Source: Bacteroidota bacterium (lineage in GTDB: Bacteria > Bacteroidota > Bacteroidia > Palsa-965). Taken from it: a DNA stretch of 64,000 nucleotides. The notes beneath the pieces were generated by a model. That model was not told the origin of the DNA, made no database searches, and worked only from the letters and a program-made list of their open reading frames with translations. The stretch lies in contig VBWE01000014.1 in assembly GCA_006218065.1 (NCBI GenBank), forward strand, positions 70,364-134,363, read 5' to 3'. Both the position numbers and the translations under genes were made by a program. Below, piece by piece: positions 9,570 to 19,183 of this stretch. Position 1 is the first letter of the stretch. Every line of letters starts with the position of its first letter.

Positions 9570-11567
9570 CTAACGGACAACCACACGCCCCAGCATCCCC
9601 GAAAAATATTTCTTCGCTTCGAGCAGTTGCTGGGTTTGCTGCAGGATGCGCAGCAGTTCTTCTTCGTTCGCGGCGTTGCGGAGTTCTTTCTGGTTTTCGT
9701 GCAGCATCATTTCGATGCGGCGGAGTTTGAGGGCATAAACACCATGCAGCGCGGCGTTTTTCAGGATCATGTCCTCGGTTTGCACGTAAATGAAATGACG
9801 TTCCCAGTTCGAAAGCGAGTAGGGAATACTCACCATGTCGATCGTGTATTTGCTGATTTCGGCCTGCGGATGGTGCGTAAAATAATTCAGGTCGGGAACG
9901 GTTCCGCTGTCCAGCAGGCGTGCGTACTCTTCAAAAATATTTTGCGCGGCCGTGTCGCCGAAAATGATCTGGTCCTGCCGGATTTCATGCACGAGCAATT
10001 CCGCCAGCGGCACGGGAACCGTAGTCGGGCGGCCTTCCTCGTCTTCGCTGTCGGCGTCGATCTGCTGCGTACCGTAGTTCAGCATCAGGCGGATGATTTC
10101 CCTTTCCTGCGCTTCGCAATTGATGATCGGCGAAACGGTTTCTTCCGGTTTGGCGGAAATGTCGGGAACAAAACCGGTTTCGTGCCCGTCATGTTCGGTG
10201 GTCTCGGGATGCTGTATTTCCGGTTTTCGCGCGCTTTCGTCTTTTCGTTTCTCGAAATTTTTCCGGCGGATTTTATTTAGTTCATTCAGCAGCGACTGCT
10301 CTTCCACATCCATGATGCGGCTGCACTCTTTTACGTACACGCTGCGTGTAATGCTGTCGGGAATCAGGGCGATGCTTTCCACGATCTCGCGGATCAGCAT
10401 AGCTTTTCGGATGGGATCGCCCTGGGTATCACCGACGAGCAACTGCGTTTTGAACTGGATAAAATCTTTTGTGTTGTGCCGGATAAATTCTTTCAGTTCC
10501 TCGCTGCTTACGCGTTTCGAATACGAATCCGGATCTTCATTATCCGGGAAAAGCAGCACGCGTACGTTCATGCCTTCTTCGAGGATGAGATCGATGCCGC
10601 GGAAGCTGGCCTTGATGCCTGCAGGGTCGCCGTCGTACAGGATAGTAACGTTGCTCGTGTAGCGGCGGATGAGACGGATCTGCTCAACCGTGAGTGAAGT
10701 GCCCGACGAAGCCACCACGTTTTCGATGCCGGCCTGGTGCATGGAAATCACGTCGGTGTAGCCTTCCACGAGGAAGCAGACATCGTCCTGGATGATCTGT
10801 TTTTTCGCGAAGTATAAACCGTAGAGCACGTTGCTCTTGTGGTAGATATCCGTTTCGGGCGAGTTGATGTACTTCGCGATCTTCTTGTCGCTCTTCAGCG
10901 TGCGTCCGCCGAAAGCGATTACACGCCCGCTCACATTATGCACGGGAAAAATCACGCGGTCGCGGAAGCGGTCGAAATACTTATCCGGATTTTCTTCGTT
11001 CTGGATCGTCAGCCCGGCTTTGACGAGGTACTCGATTTTGTAACTGGCTTGCAGTGCTGCGTCGGTGAGCGGGCGCCAGCCTTCGGGACTGAAACCGAGC
11101 TGAAATTTTTCGATAATGTCAGGACGGAAACCGCGCTCGGTAAAGTAAGTCAGGCCGATGGCTTTGCCGGATTCCGATTCGTGCAGTTGCTGCGTATAAT
11201 ATTTCTGCGCGAAGCCGCAGACCACGAACAAACTTTCGCGCTCGTTGTCGCGGGCCTGCTGCTCGTCGCTTTTCTGCTCTTCGGCGATTGTGATATTGTA
11301 TTTTTTCGCCAGCCAGCGCAGGGCATCGGGGTAGGAGATGTGTTCATGCTCCATCACGAAGTTCACGCTGTTACCGCCTTTGCCGCAGCCGAAACATTTG
11401 TAAATGCCCCGGGCGGGATTCACGTTGAAAGAAGGCGTTTTCTCGTTATGAAAAGGGCAAAGACCGATCATGTTCGCCCCGCGCTTTTTGAGCGAGACGA
11501 AATCACCCACCACTTCATCAATGCGGGAGGTATCGAGAATCAGGTCAACAGTTTCCTTCGGAATCAT
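9570..11567 (-). CDS. dnaG: DNA primase
   Basis: CHC2 Zn finger CPFHNEKTPSF...CFGC; KYINSPET; Toprim VEGYTDV, YDGDPAG, EDPD. Confidence 0.97.
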   Translation of the reverse strand: MIPKETVDLILDTSRIDEVVGDFVSLKKRGANMIGLCPFHNEKTPSFNVNPARGIYKCFGCGKGGNSVNFVMEHEHISYPDALRWLAKKYNITIAEEQKSDEQQARDNERESLFVVCGFAQKYYTQQLHESESGKAIGLTYFTERGFRPDIIEKFQLGFSPEGWRPLTDAALQASYKIEYLVKAGLTIQNEENPDKYFDRFRDRVIFPVHNVSGRVIAFGGRTLKSDKKIAKYINSPETDIYHKSNVLYGLYFAKKQIIQDDVCFLVEGYTDVISMHQAGIENVVASSGTSLTVEQIRLIRRYTSNVTILYDGDPAGIKASFRGIDLILEEGMNVRVLLFPDNEDPDSYSKRVSSEELKEFIRHNTKDFIQFKTQLLVGDTQGDPIRKAMLIREIVESIALIPDSITRSVYVKECSRIMDVEEQSLLNELNKIRRKNFEKRKDESARKPEIQHPETTEHDGHETGFVPDISAKPEETVSPIINCEAQEREIIRLMLNYGTQQIDADSEDEEGRPTTVPVPLAELLVHEIRQDQIIFGDTAAQNIFEEYARLLDSGTVPDLNYFTHHPQAEISKYTIDMVSIPYSLSNWERHFIYVQTEDMILKNAALHGVYALKLRRIEMMLHENQKELRNAANEEELLRILQQTQQLLEAKKYFSGMLGRVVVR

Positions 11568-11680
11568 AGCGCCGGAAAAGGATTGCTAAATTAAGCAAAG
11601 ATCGGTGACCGGGCTTTCCGGTGATTTCCAGGGGATTGATAATGACAAGATTACGTTAGGAACAGCTTTGGGCAGTTTTT

Positions 11681-12172
11681 TTATTTGGGCATGCGGCGGT
11701 ATTCTTCGCGGGTGATGGTGCGGTTTTGGGGGGCAAAACGGTCACGGGTCGGTTCGCATACCGGGCTACAGATAATAAGCTCTGCTTCGTCCAGCAGGAT
11801 ACGGAATCTGCAGCCCTGACCCGGGTCGATATGGATATTCGTGAGCAGGCACGAGTAATATCCCACCAGGTTGATCCGGGCATCAAACCGGTTTCCTGGA
11901 TTGGAAAAAAGCCTGGTACGCCCATCCATATCTGCAAATACTTGGTCGATCCGCCGGCCCGCAGAATCAAGCAGGATAACGGTCGCAAAAGGAAGCGGCT
12001 CCAGTGTTCCTGCGTCGAGAATAAGGAAGTGAATTCCTGCCGGGATGGTGTCACTGACCGTGGAATACACGTGTTTTTTTGCAGTTCCTTGGTTGGTTTC
12101 GCTTTGCATCGAAAGGTGTCCGCAACCCGCCAGCGTAAAGGCAATAAGTAAGGAAATGAAAAATTGGTTCAT
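11681..12172 (-). CDS. Hypothetical lipoprotein with carboxypeptidase-regulatory-like domain
   Basis: MNQFFISLLIAFTLAGC lipobox; LDAGTLEPLPFATV...ADMDG...VGY; longer ORF call extends into repeat copy 2. Confidence 0.65.
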   Translation of the reverse strand: MNQFFISLLIAFTLAGCGHLSMQSETNQGTAKKHVYSTVSDTIPAGIHFLILDAGTLEPLPFATVILLDSAGRRIDQVFADMDGRTRLFSNPGNRFDARINLVGYYSCLLTNIHIDPGQGCRFRILLDEAELIICSPVCEPTRDRFAPQNRTITREEYRRMPK

Positions 12173-12208
12173 GCTATGAGTAAGACGCAAGTTGGGGAAA
12201 AATCCATA

Positions 12209-12395
12209 GTCCGGGGACTCACCCCCCGGCCCCCTCTCTCCGACGTTGTAAGCTTTGTTTAAACGAGAGTCGAATTTGCGACAACGTCGCAAAGAGGGGG
12301 AGCCACAACTTAAGTTACTGGAACTAAAACGACCCGGCCTTGCAAAATAGATTAACAAAGCCGGAGAGAGGGGGCCGGGGGGTGAGTCCCCGGAC
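12209..12395. mobile_element. REPIN/MITE-like element, copy 2 (internally deleted)
   Basis: Perfect 34-bp TIR 12209-12242/12362-12395; inner CGACGTTGT/ACAACGTCG stem followed by CAAAGAGGGGG. Confidence 0.9.
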
Positions 12396-12409
12396 CACAA
12401 AAATCTTCC

Positions 12410-12417
12410 TATATTTG
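12410..12417 (+). promoter_or_regulatory. Bacteroidota -7 box TATATTTG for the DUF3098 gene
   Basis: TAnnTTTG immediately upstream of ATG 12424. Confidence 0.6.
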
Positions 12418-12423
12418 CGCTCT

Positions 12424-12705
12424 ATGGCCAAAGAATCAAAAGCCCAGCCTGCCAAAAACGTGAAGGATAACGCACAACCTTCCGGTGGCCTCACGTTTGG
12501 TCGTGAGAATTATATCATCCTGCTCGCGGGAGTTATCGTACTTGCACTCGGTTATATCCTGATGATCGGGGGAGGTTCTGACGACGTCAACAAATTTAAC
12601 GGCGAAGAACTGTTCAGCACGCGGCGGATCACGATTGCACCGATTACGCTGATCATCGGCTTTGTGATCGTACTGGTCGGCATTATGCGCAAACCGAAAA
12701 ACTGA
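12424..12705 (+). CDS. DUF3098-family small membrane protein
   Basis: FGRENYIILLAG...LMIGGGSDD...FSTRRITIAP. Confidence 0.88.
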   Translation: MAKESKAQPAKNVKDNAQPSGGLTFGRENYIILLAGVIVLALGYILMIGGGSDDVNKFNGEELFSTRRITIAPITLIIGFVIVLVGIMRKPKN

Positions 12706-12726
12706 ATTCCAGTTTCAAGATAATGG

Positions 12727-12754
12727 AACGCTCCCGGACGGGGGCGTTTTTTAT
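12727..12754 (+). terminator. Rho-independent terminator after DUF3098
   Basis: AACGCTCC-loop-GGGGCGTT stem followed by a T run. Confidence 0.7.
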
Positions 12755-12897
12755 TGGTGTTTGTTCCTCCCAGGCATTTAACGCCCAATGTCAAATACAC
12801 AATAAACAATTATCAAGGAAGTCCCTCCGATGAACATTGACGTTGATTGTTTTTTATTTCACGGAAGCTGCAGTTATCATAACATCTGTACGCGGTA

Positions 12898-13791
12898 TCA
12901 AAGCGAAATAATTTCTTCCACGTGAAGTCCGTCGAGTTTCAGTACGCCATACACCCGGACGTTCTTTTTCAGGGGAACTGTTTCTCCTTTGCTGTCGCGG
13001 ATAACGACATCTTTTTCAGTCCAGCCTTCTTTCAGATTTTCCATCTGGCTGATGCCTTTCCCGTTGAGTATCTTGACCGTAAATTTTTGTCCTTTTTTAT
13101 TGGTCAGGTCAATGGATATTTCCGCACCGGTAAGCACGTACATGGGCATGCTTAATTTGCCTTCGAGGAAATAGGCTTTGTCGCGCATTTCTTCTTTGTC
13201 ATCGTCGCCAAATGAAAGTTCCGGAAGATTCAATGCGGCATAGTCTGTCCGGGCATCCGGAATACGCTCCATTTTAATTACATCAAGATATACGGCTTTC
13301 CGTTTCGGGTCGCTGAATGATGCCTTCATCCGCCCGGTAATCCTGACGCGCTCGTTGGCGGAGAATGTTTTCCCCTTATCGTCGGTGATGACGAGATCTT
13401 TCAGCCTGTAGTTTTCCGGCAGGGCTTTCATGCGGTTATTCCCTGTTCCTGTATGAATGCGGGTATACATGGACTGGCCGTGGTTCTGGTTATGCCGCCC
13501 GAAAAAGTTCATGCTTTGTCCCCCGCTGCTCGCAGAAGACATCAGCCGCAGCTGCAGGTAACCTTCAACCGATACATTATGTTCCTGCTGCATGGTATCG
13601 GCAAACGCCTGTTCGAAAGTCATAGCAACTGCCGGCAGCTTGTTTATGCTGTCTTTGACCCGCTCCGCTTTTTCGTAAGCCGATTCCCGTTTCGGTTTAT
13701 TATCCTCCGTTTTATTTTTTTTAGAATCATTTCCGCAGGAAATGAAAATAAACCCGGGAAGAATCAATACGGCGAGGTAGAATTTGTTCAT
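12898..13791 (-). CDS. Hypothetical lipoprotein with two internal repeats
   Basis: Lipobox FISC; VEGYL...MKALPENY..KDLVITDDKG...VRITG repeated as LEGKL...MENLKEGW..KDVVIRDSKG...VRVYG. Confidence 0.7.
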   Translation of the reverse strand: MNKFYLAVLILPGFIFISCGNDSKKNKTEDNKPKRESAYEKAERVKDSINKLPAVAMTFEQAFADTMQQEHNVSVEGYLQLRLMSSASSGGQSMNFFGRHNQNHGQSMYTRIHTGTGNNRMKALPENYRLKDLVITDDKGKTFSANERVRITGRMKASFSDPKRKAVYLDVIKMERIPDARTDYAALNLPELSFGDDDKEEMRDKAYFLEGKLSMPMYVLTGAEISIDLTNKKGQKFTVKILNGKGISQMENLKEGWTEKDVVIRDSKGETVPLKKNVRVYGVLKLDGLHVEEIISL

Positions 13792-13942
13792 GTGTAATTT
13801 GTTTCGTGGATAAGCCGGAACAAATATAATAAGATGGAGCAAAGCAGATCAGGCTGCAGGTTCCCGGTGTCTTCGTATCCTGTTCAGTTCCTGCCACAAA
13901 GACACCAGGCATCACGAAGAGAAAAACGAATCGGAATTTATT

Positions 13943-14878
13943 TTACCGGACAACGGTTACGGTACCTGTGCGCTGAAGAGGCTCGGAATCGATCCTGCAA
14001 AACAACTTGTACACGTACACATCCTGCTGCACGTCGCGGTTGCGGTATTTTCCGTCCCACTGCCGTGCCAGGTTGTCCGATGAAAAAATCAGCTGGCCCC
14101 AGCGGTCAAAAATCTGCAGGCTGAATTCCGTTACTTTTTCGCCCAGCGCCGGGAAGAAATCGTTCGTGCCGTCGCCGTTGGGTGTAAATGCATTCGGCAG
14201 GTAAATCGTTCCGCCTGTTATGTTGTTGTTCGGAACCGGCGGTGTGGGCGGAATAACCGGGCAGGCCGTTACGTCCACGAAGTCGATATACATATACGTG
14301 AGGTTAGTTACCGATGCATTCTGAAAACCGCCCAGCGTAAGATATTCTTCACCACCGGCAGCGATGTATGTTCCGCTTACCTGCTGCCACTGCGTGGTAC
14401 TGAACGAGATCGTGCTCTGCACATGCGCGCTCATTCCCGCGGTAAACGGATTCGCCAGCAAAGGCGTTGCAGAAAAATACGCACCGAGCGAAGGTGCGGC
14501 AAGCGGCGTCTGGTCGCACACGGCTGCGTAAAAACTCACGCAGTATGACATGCCGGCCTGCAGCGGCTGGCTGAGCCGCACCTGCACGAATTCGGAATTG
14601 ATCGGCTGGCAGTCGATGCCGATGTATTTTGTTCCGTCGTACGCGGGAATGGTGGACGGCGGAAAAAATACCGCACCATTATAACAGAGGTCCGCCGTAT
14701 TCATCACCGGGTTGCCCGGTCCTGAAAAAATATTCCAGTCGTCGAGGCAATCGATCTGCGGAAGGGGAAAAGAGCAGCCCGAAGTGTCTTCAAAGCTCGG
14801 GTTGGGGACAAGATTCTGCGCCAGGCAGGCAGGTGCGGAGGCGAGCATCAGTATGGCGATTATTTTTCCGGTACCCAT
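13943..14878 (-). CDS. Secreted protein with gliding-motility-associated (T9SS type B) C-terminal domain
   Basis: AQNLVPNPSFE N-terminus; YLPNAFTPNGDGTND...IFDRWGQ...WDG...GTVTVVR. Confidence 0.9.
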   Translation of the reverse strand: MGTGKIIAILMLASAPACLAQNLVPNPSFEDTSGCSFPLPQIDCLDDWNIFSGPGNPVMNTADLCYNGAVFFPPSTIPAYDGTKYIGIDCQPINSEFVQVRLSQPLQAGMSYCVSFYAAVCDQTPLAAPSLGAYFSATPLLANPFTAGMSAHVQSTISFSTTQWQQVSGTYIAAGGEEYLTLGGFQNASVTNLTYMYIDFVDVTACPVIPPTPPVPNNNITGGTIYLPNAFTPNGDGTNDFFPALGEKVTEFSLQIFDRWGQLIFSSDNLARQWDGKYRNRDVQQDVYVYKLFCRIDSEPLQRTGTVTVVR

Positions 14879-15002
14879 GGTAAAACGTTTTAGTCAAAGG
14901 TAGCGGAGCGCTTTTCCGCGCAAATGGATAAACGACTGCTTTTCTTGTACGGGATCCGGCGCGGGTTCTGCGCTGTGCTATCATCGCGGACTTTTGTACC
15001 AT

Positions 15003-16526
15003 TCAGCCCTGTGCGGATTCCGATACGGCTGCGTGGAAACTGGTCTTCCGGATTTTACTTTCGATCCAGGCTTCGGTATTGAAATTCCCGGAAATGAGTT
15101 TTGTGCTTTGCACCGTGCGGATATTTTTCTGTTCCTGCCGGAATTTGCGCAGCGTATCACGAACAGCAGGATCATCCTGTTCGGTTGATTTTTTCAGGAT
15201 GGAAAGAAAAAGACGCAGCGGTTTATTCGCAGGAAATTCCCTGGCAGCCTGCCGTTGCATGTTGAGCGCGGCATAAAACAGCGCATCCGTTTCCCGCTGT
15301 TCGAAATAAACGAGCGCTTCCACCAGGCGCGCGGCGAAGTAAATGTCTTTCCGGAGATTGCTCGTTTCTTTCGTCGTTACGAGGCGCAGGTAACGCAGGC
15401 ACAAACGGTAGTTCCCCGATCCGAAGAAAAGATAAGCCAGGTTGTAGTGCATGATCATGCGGTGCACCGGGCTGATCAACCGGTCCAGCTTGCGCAGTTG
15501 CTGTTCCGTATCGCTGATCACGTGCTGCGCCCGGTCGAAGGAACCGCTGCGGATGTACAACTCCTGCAGGATCGGGTAAACGCTGGTAAATACTTTGAGC
15601 TGCCAGTCGGGCGAATCGGCGAAACCGAAACGCGCCGGCGCACCGTGCAGCTTGCGGATGCAGTCCATCACTTCGCCGGGTTTTTTGAACGCGCTGTAAG
15701 TGATCGCCAGGTTATTCAGCGAGATGAGGTAAAACACCGGGCGGCTCTTCACCTGCCGGGGATGCGCTTCCAGCAGCCCGACCAGTTTCAATTGGTACCG
15801 CAACGCTTTTTTCCGCTCGCCGCGAAGTCCGCAGTACGTGGCGTGCAGCTGGAAAAATCCCAGCCCGCTGCGGAACGAATCGATATTCCGCTCGCTCCGG
15901 TAAAAAGGATCTGCGAGTATTTCCCGGAGCATCTTCAGTTGTTCCCCGCGGCCGCTGTCGCCCTGGCTGCGCATGGTAAAAAAGAGGCGGCCGGAATCCT
16001 GCTTCACCCGCACAATCGATTCGTATTGCCGGAGCGACTTGTTTTCAAGATCGTACACCCGGCGCAGCTGCTGTTCCCGGATTCCTTTCCCGGTTACCTG
16101 GTACAGGTCGACCAGGCGGTTGGTGATTTCCAGGACGAGCAACTGGTTTTCGGCTGCAACGGCTTTTTTCAGCAGCCGTTCGAGCAGGCGCAAACAGGCA
16201 GGATACAAAGCCTTTCGGTAAAGGAGTCCCGCTTCCTGCAAGCCGTTCTGAAGGATCACCTCGTCCTGTTTTGTTTCGAGCTTGCGCAGGCAGCCGATGA
16301 TGAATTCGTACAGCCTGCGTTCGAGTACGTGCGGCTGCGAGCGGCCGGTTTTGCCTTTCACGGTTTTGCGGATTTCTTCCCGGCTGTATGCTTTGCCGGA
16401 AAACAAAAGTTCGAGCAGGTGCTGCAAAGCCGTGCCGTCTTTTTTTTCAGTGCGTGCGCAGGTCCGGATAAATCGTTTTTCGGGTCCGCTGAGTGCGGCA
16501 GCTAAGCGGGGCAGATCTTTTTTCAC
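15003..16526 (-). CDS. Uncharacterised ~500-aa cytoplasmic helical/TPR-like protein
   Basis: No signal peptide; N-terminal DLxxLxxALSxxEKRFI; TPR-like segments (SLNNLA, YNLAYLFFGSGNY). Confidence 0.75.
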   Translation of the reverse strand: MKKDLPRLAAALSGPEKRFIRTCARTEKKDGTALQHLLELLFSGKAYSREEIRKTVKGKTGRSQPHVLERRLYEFIIGCLRKLETKQDEVILQNGLQEAGLLYRKALYPACLRLLERLLKKAVAAENQLLVLEITNRLVDLYQVTGKGIREQQLRRVYDLENKSLRQYESIVRVKQDSGRLFFTMRSQGDSGRGEQLKMLREILADPFYRSERNIDSFRSGLGFFQLHATYCGLRGERKKALRYQLKLVGLLEAHPRQVKSRPVFYLISLNNLAITYSAFKKPGEVMDCIRKLHGAPARFGFADSPDWQLKVFTSVYPILQELYIRSGSFDRAQHVISDTEQQLRKLDRLISPVHRMIMHYNLAYLFFGSGNYRLCLRYLRLVTTKETSNLRKDIYFAARLVEALVYFEQRETDALFYAALNMQRQAAREFPANKPLRLFLSILKKSTEQDDPAVRDTLRKFRQEQKNIRTVQSTKLISGNFNTEAWIESKIRKTSFHAAVSESAQG

Positions 16527-16714
16527 AGGCGATTTTGCGGTCTGGTGGAATTGATCGCTTATTTATTCAGTACAATTATAAGTCAAAAATATATTGTAAA
16601 TAACTAATAATCAAATTATTAATTATTTTAATGATTAATTAATATCTGTACAAAATTTCATTCTTTTATTTTCCTGTGCACGCGCTGCACATTTCATTTG
16701 CAAAAAAATCGCTC

Positions 16715-18268
16715 ATGAAAGATTCTACGACAAGCAGAAGATCACAGGTGCCGGCGGGGAACAAATTGTTCCTGCTGATTTATTTTTTGTTCTTCATGCT
16801 GCTGTTCTGCTGGGCCAAAATGGCCGAAGCGCAATGCAACTGTACTGCGCCGCTGCCTGCGCCGCAAAATCAAACCGTTATAAACATTACCCCGCAGCAG
16901 GGAACTTCGGCCATCCAGTCGGCGATCAACAATGCCGGCGGACCGACTACGATCTACCTCGCGAACGGAACGTATTCGGTTTCGGGCGGACAGATAAACG
17001 TTACCAAACCGGGTATCACGATCCGTTCGCTCAGCGGTAACCGCGACAGCGTGATCATACTCGGGGGCGGCATGCTCGGCGGTTCCGGCTATCACGGCAT
17101 TTCCATCCTGGAAAGCAATGTTACCATCGCGGACCTTACGATCAGGAATATCGATACGCACCCGGTTGATATCAATTTCTGGTACCAGCCGAACAGCGAT
17201 ATCGACAATGTATTGCTGCACAATATCCACGTCATCGACGGCGGGCAGCAACTGGTGAAGATGAGTTTTTCAGGAAACGCGAACGTGAAAAGCAGTTACG
17301 GCATTATCGAATGCAGCCTGATCGAATACACGACTTCGCTGCCGGGAAGCAATACGTACACGAACGGGATCGACCTGCACAATGCGCATCACTGGATCAT
17401 CCGCGACAATGAAATACGCAACATCCGCAGCGGTCCTTCGGCTACAGGTCCCGCGGGTCCGGCCATCCTGTTTTTTCACGGCGGGTCCGATGCGATCGTG
17501 GAAAGAAACCGCGTGATCAACTGCGACGAAGGAATTTTTCTCGGGAATTATTCGAACAACCCGAACGTATCGTTCAGTGGCGGAATCGTCCGGAATAATT
17601 TTGTACGCGGTCATTCCACCAGCCGCTGTGGAATCGGCATCGTACTTTGCCCGGATGCGATCGTGGTGAACAATACGATTTACGCCCCCGGCGGCACAGC
17701 CTGGACAGTGGAGGAATATTCGATCGAGGTTACCGGTGCGCAAACCACGAACCTGCTTATCCAGAATAATCTCCTGGATGAAGATATTATCAACGTGTCG
17801 AATTCCGCGCCGCCGTTTACTACGGTAACGAATATCATCAACGCACCGGCCACGCACTTCGTCAGTACGAGCCTCACCAGCCCGGACCTGCACCTGGTGA
17901 GCAATTCATCCGCCATCAACGCAGGTACGGCGCATGCGCAGCGCACAGACGATTACGATTGCAGCGGAATAAACGGCACGACGGATATCGGCGCGGATGA
18001 ATTCGTAACCATCACGGCTGTTGCGCCGGTTGAAGCGGAGATCATACGCGCATACCCGAATCCTGTTTCCGGTTACCTGCGCGTGGAACTGGACGGTGCG
18101 GATGAAGAAAGAACCTACCAGGTTTTCGATGCGAAAGGCACGCTGGTGCAGTCGGGAATTGTTGCCGGGCTGGTTTTCGTCATCACCGCCAGCGAATTTG
18201 CACCGGGCCTGTATGTGTTGAAATTATCCGGCAACAGGGGAGGAATTTTCAGGTTCGCCAAGTACTGA
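16715..18268 (+). CDS. Right-handed parallel beta-helix protein with T9SS type A CTD
   Basis: IQSAINNA...TIYLANGTY; Asn-rich beta-helix coils; DIGADEF; AYPNPV...GLYVLK. Confidence 0.85.
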   Translation: MKDSTTSRRSQVPAGNKLFLLIYFLFFMLLFCWAKMAEAQCNCTAPLPAPQNQTVINITPQQGTSAIQSAINNAGGPTTIYLANGTYSVSGGQINVTKPGITIRSLSGNRDSVIILGGGMLGGSGYHGISILESNVTIADLTIRNIDTHPVDINFWYQPNSDIDNVLLHNIHVIDGGQQLVKMSFSGNANVKSSYGIIECSLIEYTTSLPGSNTYTNGIDLHNAHHWIIRDNEIRNIRSGPSATGPAGPAILFFHGGSDAIVERNRVINCDEGIFLGNYSNNPNVSFSGGIVRNNFVRGHSTSRCGIGIVLCPDAIVVNNTIYAPGGTAWTVEEYSIEVTGAQTTNLLIQNNLLDEDIINVSNSAPPFTTVTNIINAPATHFVSTSLTSPDLHLVSNSSAINAGTAHAQRTDDYDCSGINGTTDIGADEFVTITAVAPVEAEIIRAYPNPVSGYLRVELDGADEERTYQVFDAKGTLVQSGIVAGLVFVITASEFAPGLYVLKLSGNRGGIFRFAKY

Positions 18269-18379
18269 TTTTTTCCGTGATGCCCGCTTCTCCGCGGGTT
18301 TCTCCCCGAAAGAATTGTCCAGAGAAAACGTCTTGTCATCCCTTACGGATAAGCGTTTATCTTTGGCTTTTCTTTTTCT

Positions 18380-19183
18380 ATGCAAACATCCGATGCTGTC
18401 CTGCTCGCTATTGTGGAAGGACTTACTGAATTTCTGCCGGTAAGTTCCACCGGGCACATGATCATCACTTCGTCCGCGCTCGGCATTGCCTGCGATTCGT
18501 TTACCAAATTGTTTACGGTAGCGGTTCAGCTCGGCGCGATCCTTTCGGTGATCGTTTTTTACTGGAGAAAATTCATCAAACTCACGGACTATCGTTTTTA
18601 CCTGAAGCTGGGACTCGCCGTAGTTCCTGCGCTGATTTTCGGAAAACTGCTCGACGATTTTATCGACGACAAGCTCGGCAATCCTGTTTTTATCGCCTGT
18701 ACGTTACTCGGCGGCGGAATCGTTTTACTTTTCGTGGACAAGTTGTTCAATAAACCGGTCGTGGAAAAAGAAGAGCAGATCAGTTTTCTCAAAGCGCTGT
18801 TCATCGGCTGCTGGCAGGTGCTGGCGGTTTTGCTCCCGGGTTTGAGCCGCAGTGCGGCGACGATCATCGGCGGTATGCAGCAGCGGCTCACGCGCAACCT
18901 CGCCGCAGAGTTTTCATTCTTTCTTGCCGTACCGACCATGCTCGCGGCTACCGGCTACAAACTGTTCAGGTATTATAAAGAAACGGGAGGTTTCACCGGC
19001 GAGGAGATCAAACTGCTGGCCATCGGGAATGTCGTGGCTTTCGTCGTCGCGCTGTTCGCCATCAAGGTTTTCATTGATATGGTGAAAAAGTACGGATTCA
19101 AAATCTGGGGTTATTACCGTATTATCCTTGGAATCGCTGTCCTGGTCATTCATTTCTTTATTCCCATCGCGGTCTGTGCCTGA
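18380..19183 (+). CDS. uppP: Undecaprenyl-diphosphate phosphatase
   Basis: VEGLTEFLPVSSTGH; PGLSRSAATI; AAEFSFFLAVP; TATCTTTG box at 18358-18365. Confidence 0.97.
   Translation: MQTSDAVLLAIVEGLTEFLPVSSTGHMIITSSALGIACDSFTKLFTVAVQLGAILSVIVFYWRKFIKLTDYRFYLKLGLAVVPALIFGKLLDDFIDDKLGNPVFIACTLLGGGIVLLFVDKLFNKPVVEKEEQISFLKALFIGCWQVLAVLLPGLSRSAATIIGGMQQRLTRNLAAEFSFFLAVPTMLAATGYKLFRYYKETGGFTGEEIKLLAIGNVVAFVVALFAIKVFIDMVKKYGFKIWGYYRIILGIAVLVIHFFIPIAVCA

Noticed and set aside
15255-16505. Long antisense ORFs (e.g. 15255-16505, 41422-42648, 52959-54008, 47536-48594)
   Set aside because: Shadow frames of real genes in GC-biased coding DNA; no recognisable motifs.
16568-16651. Paired GTAC sites about 75-78 bp apart in both divergon spacers
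   Set aside because: Too short to distinguish from chance, and one site abuts a probable -7 promoter box.
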